A DNA stretch of 59,735 bases, taken from positions 1-59,735 of the IMG/VR virus record IMGVR_UViG_3300024999_000115; one strand, 5' to 3'. The translations under genes and the position numbers were made by a program. This document shows, in pieces, positions 38,179-47,124 of this stretch (positions within the stretch are counted from its first letter, which is position 1; each line of letters starts with the position of its first letter). The notes beneath the pieces are model-generated. The model ran no database searches. It had not been told where the DNA came from and was given only the letters and a program-made list of their open reading frames with translations. This DNA is from a virus. Lineage: Duplodnaviria; Caudoviricetes.

Positions 38179-38415
38179 TTAAGGCAGACTGTCATAACAT
38201 TCTTTACATAAATTATCGGATTGCAGTTCTTTTTCTTCATTGCACATTTCGCAAACCGATTTTACAACAGCAGGTTTAATGCAGTTGCTCTGCTCGTCGG
38301 TAGTTTCTTTGCCCTCGCACTGTTTTATCAAAATATACATCCCAATCCTCGATTTTGGTATATACCCTTTATCGAAACTTTCATTATTCCATTCAATAAA
38401 ATCACGTAATATCAT
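38179..38415 (-). CDS. Hypothetical protein with a C-terminal CxxC..CxxC finger; reads through a half attC site
   Basis: SNCIKPAVVKSVC is encoded by the left arm of half-site 8 (TTACAAC 38262-38268). Confidence 0.6.
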   Translation of the reverse strand: MILRDFIEWNNESFDKGYIPKSRIGMYILIKQCEGKETTDEQSNCIKPAVVKSVCEMCNEEKELQSDNLCKECYDSLP

Positions 38416-38464
38416 TTATAATTCCATCGCACTGTATTTATAATTTTTACTTCAAACACACGAA

Positions 38465-38707
38465 TTACCTCCCTTCGTGTCCCCACTGGCGATGATTCCA
38501 GGTAGAGTTGTTTTTTACTGGTTTATTTTTCAAAACGGGGTATTCTCCCTGCCGATTGGTCGTGGCGAATGGCAAGGCACTCTTTGTGGTACTGCACGAA
38601 CTCAGCGCAAACGCCAGTGAAATCATTGATATCACCACTGAAATAAAAGTGATTTTCTCATTTCTCTTAATCTGTGCCGGTCTGCGGCCTTGTGTTAAAT
38701 TTTCCAT
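38465..38707 (-). CDS. Small lipoprotein/membrane protein
   Basis: Hydrophobic stretch ending in LSSC. Confidence 0.55.
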   Translation of the reverse strand: MENLTQGRRPAQIKRNEKITFISVVISMISLAFALSSCSTTKSALPFATTNRQGEYPVLKNKPVKNNSTWNHRQWGHEGR

Positions 38708-38769
38708 AATTGTTTTTTTCTATAAATATAGAAAATATTTACAAAGTAAATTTATTGAGTGTACTTTTT

Positions 38770-39309
38770 TTAAGCTGTGATTTGCTTTTGTTCTTCTGAT
38801 GGTAATTTAGCCAGTTCCGTTCCTCTGGTTTGGCGATACTCCCTTGCAGCTATACAAATCATCATTCCATCGAAACGCCCGTATAATGGCCCGTAAATGC
38901 CTCTCCTGAGTTTACTAAAGAAAAGAGTTAGTTCAGCTATGTTAAGCATGAATATCTCTTTGTAAAGTTCTCTGGCGATCTCCTGAATCAGTTTTTTGTC
39001 AACTTCAATCCTCACGTACATCGAAAGAGAAAGCAACCATGCTGATATTAAATCTTCTGCGGTTCCCGGAGTGTATGCCTGATTTATTTCTGACAACTTT
39101 ACAACGCCGGCCCGTAGTGCTTTTATTTCCGTATTGTGTTCCAGATACCGATTCGCACAGAAATCATGGTTCAAGATCTTCAAAAGCTGTTCCGGATCTT
39201 TGATTTTGCTCAACAAAGTTTCTGCTCTTTTCGGCAATTTCTGCGGCAAGTTCGGCTGCTGCCTGACGGTTGGAAGCAAGTTTGTCGTGATGGTTGATAG
39301 TTTTTGCAT
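38770..39309 (-). CDS. Replication accessory protein (initiator partner)
   Basis: LNIAELTLFFSKLRRGIYGPLYGRFDG motif; directly downstream of the initiator-like gene. Confidence 0.55.
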   Translation of the reverse strand: MQKLSTITTNLLPTVRQQPNLPQKLPKRAETLLSKIKDPEQLLKILNHDFCANRYLEHNTEIKALRAGVVKLSEINQAYTPGTAEDLISAWLLSLSMYVRIEVDKKLIQEIARELYKEIFMLNIAELTLFFSKLRRGIYGPLYGRFDGMMICIAAREYRQTRGTELAKLPSEEQKQITA

Positions 39310-40012
39310 TGATGTCTGATTTGATTATTTCGTCATTCCAACTTTTGTTGTTCAGGTATGTATCTGGATTTTTTCTATACTTTTTGTCTGGTTGTGATTC
39401 TTTGTATTTCGGGATGTGTGCAAATATCTCCGCCTGTTCTCTTGCTGATATTTTAAAAAACTTTGCCTTAATCTTTTCCTTGTCACCTACTTTTTTGTCG
39501 TATTCGTTCCAGAAATATTCAAAAGTTGCATTTTGTTGTAATTCAAAATCATCAAAATATTCATTTTCACTTTCACTTTCATATTCAGATTTTGCTTTAC
39601 TTTTTGCTTTAGCAAATTTTTTGTTTTTAGATTGAGTTTTTTTACCTCCGTTACTTCCTGATAAAGAGCGTTTTTCGCTTATATTATTATCTTTTACCAT
39701 TCGCTTCTGATAAAGAAAATCACCATCAATCAATAATACTTTTTCGTCTAAAAGTTCTGTTATTGCATTTTTAATTTCACGCAAATCGAATGGCAAAAGT
39801 TTAGCAAACTTCAAAGCAAAATTCAAGCAAATGTTTTCGTTTTGCTTGTCTTTTTGCTTTAGCAAAATTCCTCCGTACGTTTCTGATTTGTGGAAAATGC
39901 ACATGATTTTAATGTATATTCCCTGAGTTGATGCAGTACACATATTTAACTTTTCGTCAGTTAAATAATCCTGTACATATAGCGGTAAATATGGTTGATC
40001 TCTTAGTGCCAT
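39164..40012 (-). CDS. Phage replication initiator (DUF1376/YdaU-like N-terminus)
   Basis: PYLPLYVQDYL...GIYIKIMC; KRSLSGSNGG linker; FEYFWNEY..K and PDTYLNNKSWND C-domain. Confidence 0.75.
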   Translation of the reverse strand: MALRDQPYLPLYVQDYLTDEKLNMCTASTQGIYIKIMCIFHKSETYGGILLKQKDKQNENICLNFALKFAKLLPFDLREIKNAITELLDEKVLLIDGDFLYQKRMVKDNNISEKRSLSGSNGGKKTQSKNKKFAKAKSKAKSEYESESENEYFDDFELQQNATFEYFWNEYDKKVGDKEKIKAKFFKISAREQAEIFAHIPKYKESQPDKKYRKNPDTYLNNKSWNDEIIKSDINAKTINHHDKLASNRQAAAELAAEIAEKSRNFVEQNQRSGTAFEDLEP

Positions 40013-40055
40013 GATATTTGTAAGTTTTTAATTACTGGAACATTAATAGGATTTA

Positions 40056-40799
40056 TTAACAAACTGAAGCACGTTTCCACGGATTTTCAATGCCGCGTTC
40101 TTTAAGAAGTTCGCGTACTTTCCCCCTGTACTTTTTAGCTATTTCAGAGTAGAATATCCGGTTATCTTCTCCTTCTTTCTGTGCTAATTGTTTAAGTTCG
40201 TTTACTTTTTCTGCTCCGATTTCCCGGATTAGTTTCATTTCGAATTTTTCAGGCTCACCGCTTCTTCGGTAGTTGCATTTATTGCACTGTGGCCTTGCGT
40301 TATTTTCGTGGAATCGGGTTGTTTTAAACCCCCTGCGCTGCCAGTGTCCACATTCAGCCTCTTTAATTGGCTTAATATTACCACAAGTATAACAAGTACA
40401 AACCTGTCCGGCTGTTGTTTCAAAAGAATGGAATAACCGAATGTATCTTGAAAAATACTGGTCGGCTCTCTGCATTGCCTGAGATTTTGTTCCGAGAACT
40501 ATTCTAACCTGCTTATCGTGCGTAATGGGAATTTTAATGTGCTTTTCCCGTTTCTCTTTTTTAGCGTAAAATCCGGCGTTTTTAAGCACTTTTTTGTTTT
40601 CCGCTATCTTGTGTGCTGAATCTTGTTTTCGTTGAAAGTCGGCAAGGTTCTGGCAGCGTGGGCAGCGTTTTGGCTTTATTGTCGAATTAGGAACCCACCG
40701 GAAGTCATTTTTGCAGTCCAAGCAGGTTATTTTTATTCCCTCAATGATTGGCGGCTTCGTTGTCATGTTCGGTTTCTTTTTGTTTTTCTCTTTCGACAA
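40056..40799 (-). CDS. ninG: NinG/Rap-family endonuclease with N-terminal Zn finger
   Basis: FSRYIRL, CYTCG, ECGHW.RR...TRFHENNARPQCNKCN. Confidence 0.8.
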   Translation of the reverse strand: MSKEKNKKKPNMTTKPPIIEGIKITCLDCKNDFRWVPNSTIKPKRCPRCQNLADFQRKQDSAHKIAENKKVLKNAGFYAKKEKREKHIKIPITHDKQVRIVLGTKSQAMQRADQYFSRYIRLFHSFETTAGQVCTCYTCGNIKPIKEAECGHWQRRGFKTTRFHENNARPQCNKCNYRRSGEPEKFEMKLIREIGAEKVNELKQLAQKEGEDNRIFYSEIAKKYRGKVRELLKERGIENPWKRASVC

Positions 40800-40919
40800 C
40801 TATTCTGGTAGCTTCGTGTAAAATACCAATCATTTCTATTTTTCTGAATCCGTCAGAAACAATATCGTATTTCATTCTGTTTTCGCCAGTTTCTTCGGTG
40901 ACTGTAAGCGTAAATATTC

Positions 40920-41162
40920 TCATAACACTTCCTCTTTTTCCATTTCTTTCAGCCGATTTTGCTTTTTGAGTTCGATTAAAATATCACTAATAGTTGCCCT
41001 TTCGTTTTCTTCAAAGTTGATATACTCACCTCCGAATTTTAAGAAGTGCCAAAAGCGTTTAATTACAAATGAATTGTGAGCAATAAACAAAATGGCAAAT
41101 ATTAAAGGCGATACAATCAGCCTCATTCCAAAACTTTGTTTGTTGAATTTTGTGTTTTTCAT
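40920..41162 (-). CDS. Hypothetical membrane-associated protein
   Basis: 80 aa with one hydrophobic segment. Confidence 0.55.
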   Translation of the reverse strand: MKNTKFNKQSFGMRLIVSPLIFAILFIAHNSFVIKRFWHFLKFGGEYINFEENERATISDILIELKKQNRLKEMEKEEVL

Positions 41163-41168
41163 AGCTGT

Positions 41169-41453
41169 TTATTTTAATTCGATTGGTCGCCAATGAGTAA
41201 CCTGTTGGTGTGATATACCAACAAAATCACACCTAAAAATTCCTTTTGTAAAAAATGCTGTTGACGGTTTTTTGGGATTTGTTGACCTTACTAAAACTAT
41301 TCCACCATCTTCCGGCAATTCTTCTTCAACCGGAATCCACCGTTGTGCAAATTCAACACCTGCCTTAAAATCTGTTTTTGTTATATGATTTGAAAGCCTT
41401 GTTTTTTTGTTTTTTTCAGCATATTCTATTGCAGCTTCTTCAATTGTTTTCAT
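41169..41453 (-). CDS. DUF551-like phage protein
   Basis: WIPVEEELPE...VTHWRPI. Confidence 0.8.
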   Translation of the reverse strand: MKTIEEAAIEYAEKNKKTRLSNHITKTDFKAGVEFAQRWIPVEEELPEDGGIVLVRSTNPKKPSTAFFTKGIFRCDFVGISHQQVTHWRPIELK

Positions 41454-41734
41454 AACATCACTTTATTAATAAATTTCTTCCAAAACGTCGGATAATCTCT
41501 TTCAGACAACTCAGTAAATTCAAACTTTTTCAGCTTGCAGTAGTTTTTTGCAACCTCAAATCCCAAAGTGCATTGCACAATGAATACTTGCCTGATGCAA
41601 AGCGGTAGATTAGTTGGTTTATTTTTCGGGAGAATAAATGTTTTGTCGTTATCCCATCTTTCAAAACCTTCTCCATCGGAGTTGGTAAGGCGAAATCCTT
41701 GCTTTTTCATTTGAGATTTTTTAGTAGTTCCCAT
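41450..41734 (-). CDS. Hypothetical protein
   Basis: 94 aa ORF overlapping both neighbours. Confidence 0.55.
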   Translation of the reverse strand: MGTTKKSQMKKQGFRLTNSDGEGFERWDNDKTFILPKNKPTNLPLCIRQVFIVQCTLGFEVAKNYCKLKKFEFTELSERDYPTFWKKFINKVML

Positions 41735-42188
41735 AAACAGGGAAAGTTATTCCCTTAAATAAATCTCCGTACTTTTCTTTAAAATCCCTGTCGGTTTCCA
41801 TCAGGTTTTTAACTGTTTTTACCGAATGTATCGTCGTGGAGTGATCCTTCGAAAAATATCCGGCTGCATAAGTCAACGACCTTTTGTTTTTCAACAATAA
41901 AAGGCTCATTGTAATCTGCCTGATTAAGACATATTCTCGTTTCCGGCACGTATTGTATTTGATTACGTCTTTTGGTTTGTGTCCTGAAATATCACAAACA
42001 TTAGTAAACAAGGCGTAGTCACTTTTTTTAGTGTCGTTTCTGTTGCTTAGAAGTTTCTTTTTAATTCGTCGTTCTCTCAGGGCAATTATAACCCAATATC
42101 GAAGTTTTAGTAAATTAACTGTTTCACCATTTTTGTTGCTTGTTTTTTGTTCAATGCACCCTGGGGCTGCGTATGGATTTACGTTCAT
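41721..42188 (-). CDS. DnaA C-terminal (domain IV)-like HTH protein
   Basis: RKREYVLIRQITM...SLTYAAGYFSKDHSTTIHSVK. Confidence 0.8.
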   Translation of the reverse strand: MNVNPYAAPGCIEQKTSNKNGETVNLLKLRYWVIIALRERRIKKKLLSNRNDTKKSDYALFTNVCDISGHKPKDVIKYNTCRKREYVLIRQITMSLLLLKNKRSLTYAAGYFSKDHSTTIHSVKTVKNLMETDRDFKEKYGDLFKGITFPVYGNY

Positions 42189-42192
42189 AGTT

Positions 42193-42375
42193 TTAAAATA
42201 AAGTTGGATGATTAAATTCTGGTTTTTTCTCTTGTTTGTTCGGGGTTAATTCCTCGTCAATTTCTCTTTCGAGTGCTTTTGATTTTCTCAAAGCGTCGTG
42301 ATCTCTTGTTTTGAAATATTCTTTTTGGGCGGTTCTCATTTCGAGAACCTTTGCCCTGAATTGTTCTTCTGTCAT
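42193..42375 (-). CDS. Conserved small Bacteroidota phage protein
   Basis: MRTAQKEYFKTR...SKALEREID. Confidence 0.7.
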   Translation of the reverse strand: MTEEQFRAKVLEMRTAQKEYFKTRDHDALRKSKALEREIDEELTPNKQEKKPEFNHPTLF

Positions 42376-42683
42376 AACTCAATGATTTTGATTTTGAAAC
42401 TTTCTGCAATTGCTCTTTCAATTGCCACCCCGTCACTGTCCGGTTCGTTTGAGAAGAACCAAACACAATCACTTGAAGCAAGAAGTGGAATATCCAGCTT
42501 CATGTAGTCAATCCAGTTGGCTTTCCATCCGAGCGCGGTAACACCTTCGACAAGCGGGTTTATAACATCATATCCGGCGTTTTTTGCCTGACTTTCGGCT
42601 ACCATGAATTGATAAGTGACTTCTGATTGTACTTTACCGGAAACAGGGGCAGACAAGTACACTTTTAATTTTCTTCTGCTCAT
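42372..42683 (-). CDS. DUF4406 / nucleoside deoxyribosyltransferase-like protein
   Basis: KVYLSAPVSG, VINP, W.DYM..DI..L, SDGVAIE. Confidence 0.8.
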   Translation of the reverse strand: MSRRKLKVYLSAPVSGKVQSEVTYQFMVAESQAKNAGYDVINPLVEGVTALGWKANWIDYMKLDIPLLASSDCVWFFSNEPDSDGVAIERAIAESFKIKIIEL

Positions 42684-42685
42684 GA

Positions 42686-43273
42686 TTAGGAAATGAAATG
42701 ATTAAACAACATTGTTTCCCGGTTTAATTCCAGTTTTTCAGGAACTCCATCAACCATAACTGGCATTATTATGCCGTATGATTTAATTTCAGGGTCATTT
42801 GCTAAAACGGTAATTGCTTTACATGGGTCGATTATCGATAAAACTACCTGGCGTTTATTGAAAGGAAGCGCCATAGAAAGTTTCAATAGTGGTTCAGGAT
42901 TTAATCCTACTAAAGATTGTTTTTGAATTTTATCGTGATTAGGTATAACTGCTTTCCAGTTGGGATATTTCCAAGTTTCGTCAGTTGAAAAATTTACCGA
43001 GAAGAACTCAGCCGGACAATCAAACCCCTTTTCGGTAGGTGTTACCTCTTTGTTCCAGATTTTTAAAAATGCTGTTCTGTGAAGCAATTTACCTTTCAAT
43101 GATTTTAAAACTTCTTTTTCCTCGTCTGAAGCACCCAGGTCGTTGATATTGATAACTGCCAAAATGTGCGCATCACTGGCAATAATAAAATCTCCATCAA
43201 AAAGGATGTGTTTCATTACTATCCTTAAATCATCAAGCGCACAACAGTTGTGAATTTTTAAGTTGAATTTCAT
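42686..43273 (-). CDS. Sliding-clamp (DNA Pol III beta)-like fragment protein
   Basis: IIASDAHIL, KYPNWKAVIP, GIIMPV motifs. Confidence 0.65.
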   Translation of the reverse strand: MKFNLKIHNCCALDDLRIVMKHILFDGDFIIASDAHILAVININDLGASDEEKEVLKSLKGKLLHRTAFLKIWNKEVTPTEKGFDCPAEFFSVNFSTDETWKYPNWKAVIPNHDKIQKQSLVGLNPEPLLKLSMALPFNKRQVVLSIIDPCKAITVLANDPEIKSYGIIMPVMVDGVPEKLELNRETMLFNHFIS

Positions 43274-43478
43274 GTTGTTAAGTTTTTAAATGTAGTTTTG
43301 GCTTTGATGAAGCCTGATTAATTTTGAATTTTCGTTTTTGTTTGCGTAGTAGAAAGCTGCTGGATTGCCTTTATTGATTCAGAAATAGCTTCGTCCTGAA
43401 CTTGCTTTACTAAATCTTCGAGGTACATTATTTTGTTTTGATAAAATAATACACACCATTCTTCAGGTGATTTCATGG

Positions 43479-45575
43479 TTACTTTTTGTAAAATGCCTGA
43501 AACCTAATGACATCTGGATATTCAGGAGATTTCAGCAATCCATCCCCTTTACCTTGTAGTGCTTCTGCTCCACTTTCGTCGATTACTACTTTTGAATCTA
43601 CTTCTTTTGGAACCCTGAAACACAACTGAACAGGGAAGTTTACTTTCGCATCCCCGGTAATTACCTTTGTAGAGGCCCGTTGTGTGGCGGCAATAATTCT
43701 GAACCCCGATGAACGGCCTTTCTGAAGCAATATCTTCAAGTTTTCTTCCAGGCTTTTATCAACAGAAGTTACCTCACGTTTTGTTTTGGCAAGTCCGTTT
43801 TTATAGGCTCCAACTATTACATTCTGGTAGTTTTTCAGTTCGTTTCCACTTCTTGCCTGAGAAGTGGCATCGGCAAATTCATCGAAGATTACAAGCGTTT
43901 TTCGTGTCTGTCCCGATTTTGCCAGCTTGTTCATTTCCTCCACCAGCAAAGCCATTTCAAATTCAATTTCTTCAATGTCGTTGAATACCGAAATATTACC
44001 GTGTTTGGAATATCCTGAAAATTCAAACTTCGGGTCGAAAATCACAATATTTTCAACTCCGGCTAATATTGCGTATTCGATTGTAGAAATAATTGAAACA
44101 GATTTCCCGGAACCAGTGGCCCCACAAATAAGCATATGAGGTGTTGATTGATTGTTTAAATCCCAAACAACCGGACGCTGGAAGTTATCAAGCCCCAAAG
44201 GAATACGAAGCCCTGAAAGATATTTTTCATCCCAAAACAAATCAGCATCCCTTTTTCGTGCGCTTTCGACCGCCAAATATGATTTTCCTTCATAAACAAA
44301 AAGGTCTTTCATTATCCTGATACTTGAAACATCGAGCGCGTTCGCAATATCAAGTTTGTGCCTATGAAGTGTTGCCAGCGGGATTCCGGCTGTTACTTCA
44401 ATTAAAAACGTGGTACTTGAATAACCATTGAAAATATGCTGTACCTTAACGTTAATTCCAAATGTTCTTAAAACGTGTTCGATTTTTTCCTCATTGTTCA
44501 TGTCTTTATTGCTTAGGTCGTATTGGATAAATTCCGATGCGTGTTTTCTAAATTTCTTAATTACCGATGGGCTAATTGCTGATAACGATGAATCTTTTAC
44601 CTTACGAAGCCGGTTTTTAATCAGTTCTTTTTTGTTTTCAGGAACGTTGATAAAATCATCAACTTCGGCAATCATGGTTTGCGCCCAAAACTCATGTATT
44701 TCTGCTGTGTCCGTTAGGTTGTCACTTTCGTTAATCAGGTAGATGTAATCCGGGTTACTTACTGCTTCAATAACCCTTTTCGTGGGTTCATAAAGCATGG
44801 CTTCATATAACCTTCTGACATCTTCGTTTAGTTCGATTTTAGAACAAGAAAGCTGTGGTGTTTTGTCCCTGTTTTGTGAAAACTTGTTTTCGATAAACCA
44901 GACTTCATCGACTTTTTCTCCGGTTGCTGTTTCGTAGCCCAAAACATAAGTTATTGCCTGTTTTCCAGATGAAAACGCAAGTTCTTTTTCATCTGTAAAT
45001 GACCGTTTTGATTTATGATCGACGATCACGAGTTTGCCTTCACTGGTTCTCCCAATTAAGTCAATTCTCATGTGAAAAGGAAGCGGAATATCAACGCCGT
45101 TTACATTAAGCCATTCATCGAGATAAAGTTCAATCGAAACTATTTCGACAATATCCGAAGTGTAAACAGAAATTTCAGATAGAAAATTCAACAATAACAT
45201 CGAAGTTGTTTTGCAAGCAACACTTATTGATTCTTCAACCGTGGGCGTTGTTTTCTGTAACTTCCACGTATTTGCCGGAACTTCCTCTATAACCTGGAAT
45301 GCTCTTGTTTCAAGTGCTGCAATATCAAGCGTAATGCCATCTTTAAGGCATTCAAAATACAACTGAAGTGCCGCGTGATATGCCTGTCCCGCGATTGTGG
45401 TGGCCGACATTTTCCCCGGCATACAATAAACGTATCTCATTTCAAATTCCTTCTCGTTGCGGCAAAAGGACATTATTTTTGAGTACGAAAGGCTGTCAAT
45501 GATGTAATTACTGAGTAATTCTTCAATCTGGTCGCGGCCTTGATCCCTGAATTTATGGTAAGGTTTCTGGTACAT
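43479..45575 (-). CDS. PD-(D/E)XK nuclease fused to FtsK-like ATPase
   Basis: LSYSKI..C, RIDLIG..IVDHKS; PHMLICGATGSGKS, IFDEFAD, GRSSG..IIAATQR, GAEALQGKGDGL. Confidence 0.85.
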   Translation of the reverse strand: MYQKPYHKFRDQGRDQIEELLSNYIIDSLSYSKIMSFCRNEKEFEMRYVYCMPGKMSATTIAGQAYHAALQLYFECLKDGITLDIAALETRAFQVIEEVPANTWKLQKTTPTVEESISVACKTTSMLLLNFLSEISVYTSDIVEIVSIELYLDEWLNVNGVDIPLPFHMRIDLIGRTSEGKLVIVDHKSKRSFTDEKELAFSSGKQAITYVLGYETATGEKVDEVWFIENKFSQNRDKTPQLSCSKIELNEDVRRLYEAMLYEPTKRVIEAVSNPDYIYLINESDNLTDTAEIHEFWAQTMIAEVDDFINVPENKKELIKNRLRKVKDSSLSAISPSVIKKFRKHASEFIQYDLSNKDMNNEEKIEHVLRTFGINVKVQHIFNGYSSTTFLIEVTAGIPLATLHRHKLDIANALDVSSIRIMKDLFVYEGKSYLAVESARKRDADLFWDEKYLSGLRIPLGLDNFQRPVVWDLNNQSTPHMLICGATGSGKSVSIISTIEYAILAGVENIVIFDPKFEFSGYSKHGNISVFNDIEEIEFEMALLVEEMNKLAKSGQTRKTLVIFDEFADATSQARSGNELKNYQNVIVGAYKNGLAKTKREVTSVDKSLEENLKILLQKGRSSGFRIIAATQRASTKVITGDAKVNFPVQLCFRVPKEVDSKVVIDESGAEALQGKGDGLLKSPEYPDVIRFQAFYKK

Positions 45576-45576
45576 A

Positions 45577-46566
45577 TTACATAAGTGTTGGAGATTGATT
45601 ATTGCCTCTTAAATTCTCTTTCTTTTGTTCTGTTTCAGATACTTTAACCGAAGAAACTCCGGCAATTATCAGGTCAAATCCTTTTTCCTTTGCCAGCGAA
45701 AACAGCTTTTTCCCTTCAACGGCCTGTGGAATGATTCCCTGGTCGTTAATAAAGAATCCCCTTGCTTCATCTTCAGTTCTGAATTTAAGAGGCTGAAATT
45801 GTTGTTCTGGTTTTTGTTCTCCTTTTTTAACATTCTTTCTGAACGCCGTTTCAATATCGGTGTCGCCGTCTTTAATTGCGGTTCCTATTCCGATTAAAAC
45901 CACTAAATCATCAGAAGTAAGGTGATCAATCGATGCTTTTCCTACTGCTCCGATTATTTCGGCCTCAGTCAATGAATAGGTGTCTTTTAGACCGTCAATT
46001 ACCTGTTTCCTTCTTGCAAGAAGTTTTGTTTTGTCGGAAACATCTCCGGTTATCTTTGCCTTTGCTTCGCCGTAAACCTTGTCAACAATAGCTTTTGGAA
46101 TTACAGAAAGAACAGCGTTACGAAGTGCAATTGAATTACCGGCATTCCCTGTTACGGTAATCATATCGTCATTCATCCTGCCGTTTTTTGTCATAATCGA
46201 CCTTTTCACTTCTACTTTAATTGCAAGGTTGTTTTCAAGGTCAAAACAAACCGCCTGACTTGTTATCTGTCTTGCATCAATACCAACTACTTTTGCTTCA
46301 ATTCTGAGGTTCCCCCAATTCTGAGCAAGTATTTTAGCAAGGTGAACCGATGGTCCAGTTATTGCTTTTCCGGCTCTCGGAACGGCATAAGTACAAGTTG
46401 CTGCCGTTTCTTTATCCATTGTCACTATTGCAATTGAATTGTCAATCGCTCTTTTAATATTCCTCGGATATGCTTTGGCTGTGCTGATTTGAATGTCAAT
46501 TGCAGCCCTGTCTTGTTGGTAAATTACTTCTGCACCAACTTCTTCAATTTTTACTAAATCTTCCAT
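45577..46566 (-). CDS. Putative single-strand annealing/recombination protein
   Basis: DIQISTAKAYPR, ITGPSVHLA..LAQNWGN, SIALRNA motifs; adjacent to the nuclease gene. Confidence 0.6.
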   Translation of the reverse strand: MEDLVKIEEVGAEVIYQQDRAAIDIQISTAKAYPRNIKRAIDNSIAIVTMDKETAATCTYAVPRAGKAITGPSVHLAKILAQNWGNLRIEAKVVGIDARQITSQAVCFDLENNLAIKVEVKRSIMTKNGRMNDDMITVTGNAGNSIALRNAVLSVIPKAIVDKVYGEAKAKITGDVSDKTKLLARRKQVIDGLKDTYSLTEAEIIGAVGKASIDHLTSDDLVVLIGIGTAIKDGDTDIETAFRKNVKKGEQKPEQQFQPLKFRTEDEARGFFINDQGIIPQAVEGKKLFSLAKEKGFDLIIAGVSSVKVSETEQKKENLRGNNQSPTLM

Positions 46567-46597
46567 GATTTTTTTTATTTGTTGTTAAGTATTAGAA

Positions 46598-46795
46598 TTA
46601 TAAATTGTATTCTGATGTGTATTCTCCACAATCAAGGCAGATGTATAATTCTGCCAGCGTATTACTGTCTATGTAGTCAAACATTATATCGGTGCTTCCA
46701 CAATGCTGACATTTGGATTGTTCGGCATTGCTAACGTGGTTAGAATAGCTATCTGACGGGTCTGCTGATGTTGAATAAATCATATCATCGGTCAT
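46598..46795 (-). CDS. Small Zn-ribbon protein
   Basis: CQHCGS...YICLDCG. Confidence 0.6.
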   Translation of the reverse strand: MTDDMIYSTSADPSDSYSNHVSNAEQSKCQHCGSTDIMFDYIDSNTLAELYICLDCGEYTSEYNL

Positions 46796-47016
46796 TTCAT
46801 GTGTTTAAATACCGTCAACCGGCTTATTTTACCACTCCCGTTTACCTCAATCAATCCCTGTTCAATCCGCTTATTCAGCGTTGGTCGAGAAATACTAAGC
46901 CTTTTTGCTGCTTCTGATTTCGACATTTCGGCAGGGGTATCTACAAGAATCTCAAATGACTTCCTGATTTCATCCCTGATAATTGAAGCAAACTGTTCAA
47001 TTTCCTGTGGTTTCAT
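46792..47016 (-). CDS. Excisionase-like HTH protein
   Basis: MSKSEAAKRLSISRPTLNKRIEQGLI. Confidence 0.7.
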   Translation of the reverse strand: MKPQEIEQFASIIRDEIRKSFEILVDTPAEMSKSEAAKRLSISRPTLNKRIEQGLIEVNGSGKISRLTVFKHMK

Positions 47017-47124
47017 AACATCAAAATTGAATAGACAATTATTGTCCCGATTAAAACCACAAATCCAATCATCGAGTTAAATAGACTGTCCTCGTTCTGC
47101 TGTGGGCGTTTGCCCTGCGATAAA

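Larger units (their letters stand above)
34510..38290 (+). mobile_element. Integron-like gene cassette array lacking IntI (CALIN-like)
   Basis: Series of AAC...imperfect palindrome...GTT sites; the sequence after each GTT is complementary to the sequence before the next AAC. Confidence 0.8.

Noticed and set aside
34510-38290. CRISPR array or REP/terminator repeats
   Set aside because: The repeats differ in sequence and length, the spacers are whole genes, and end complementarity is cassette-specific, which fits attC-type sites instead
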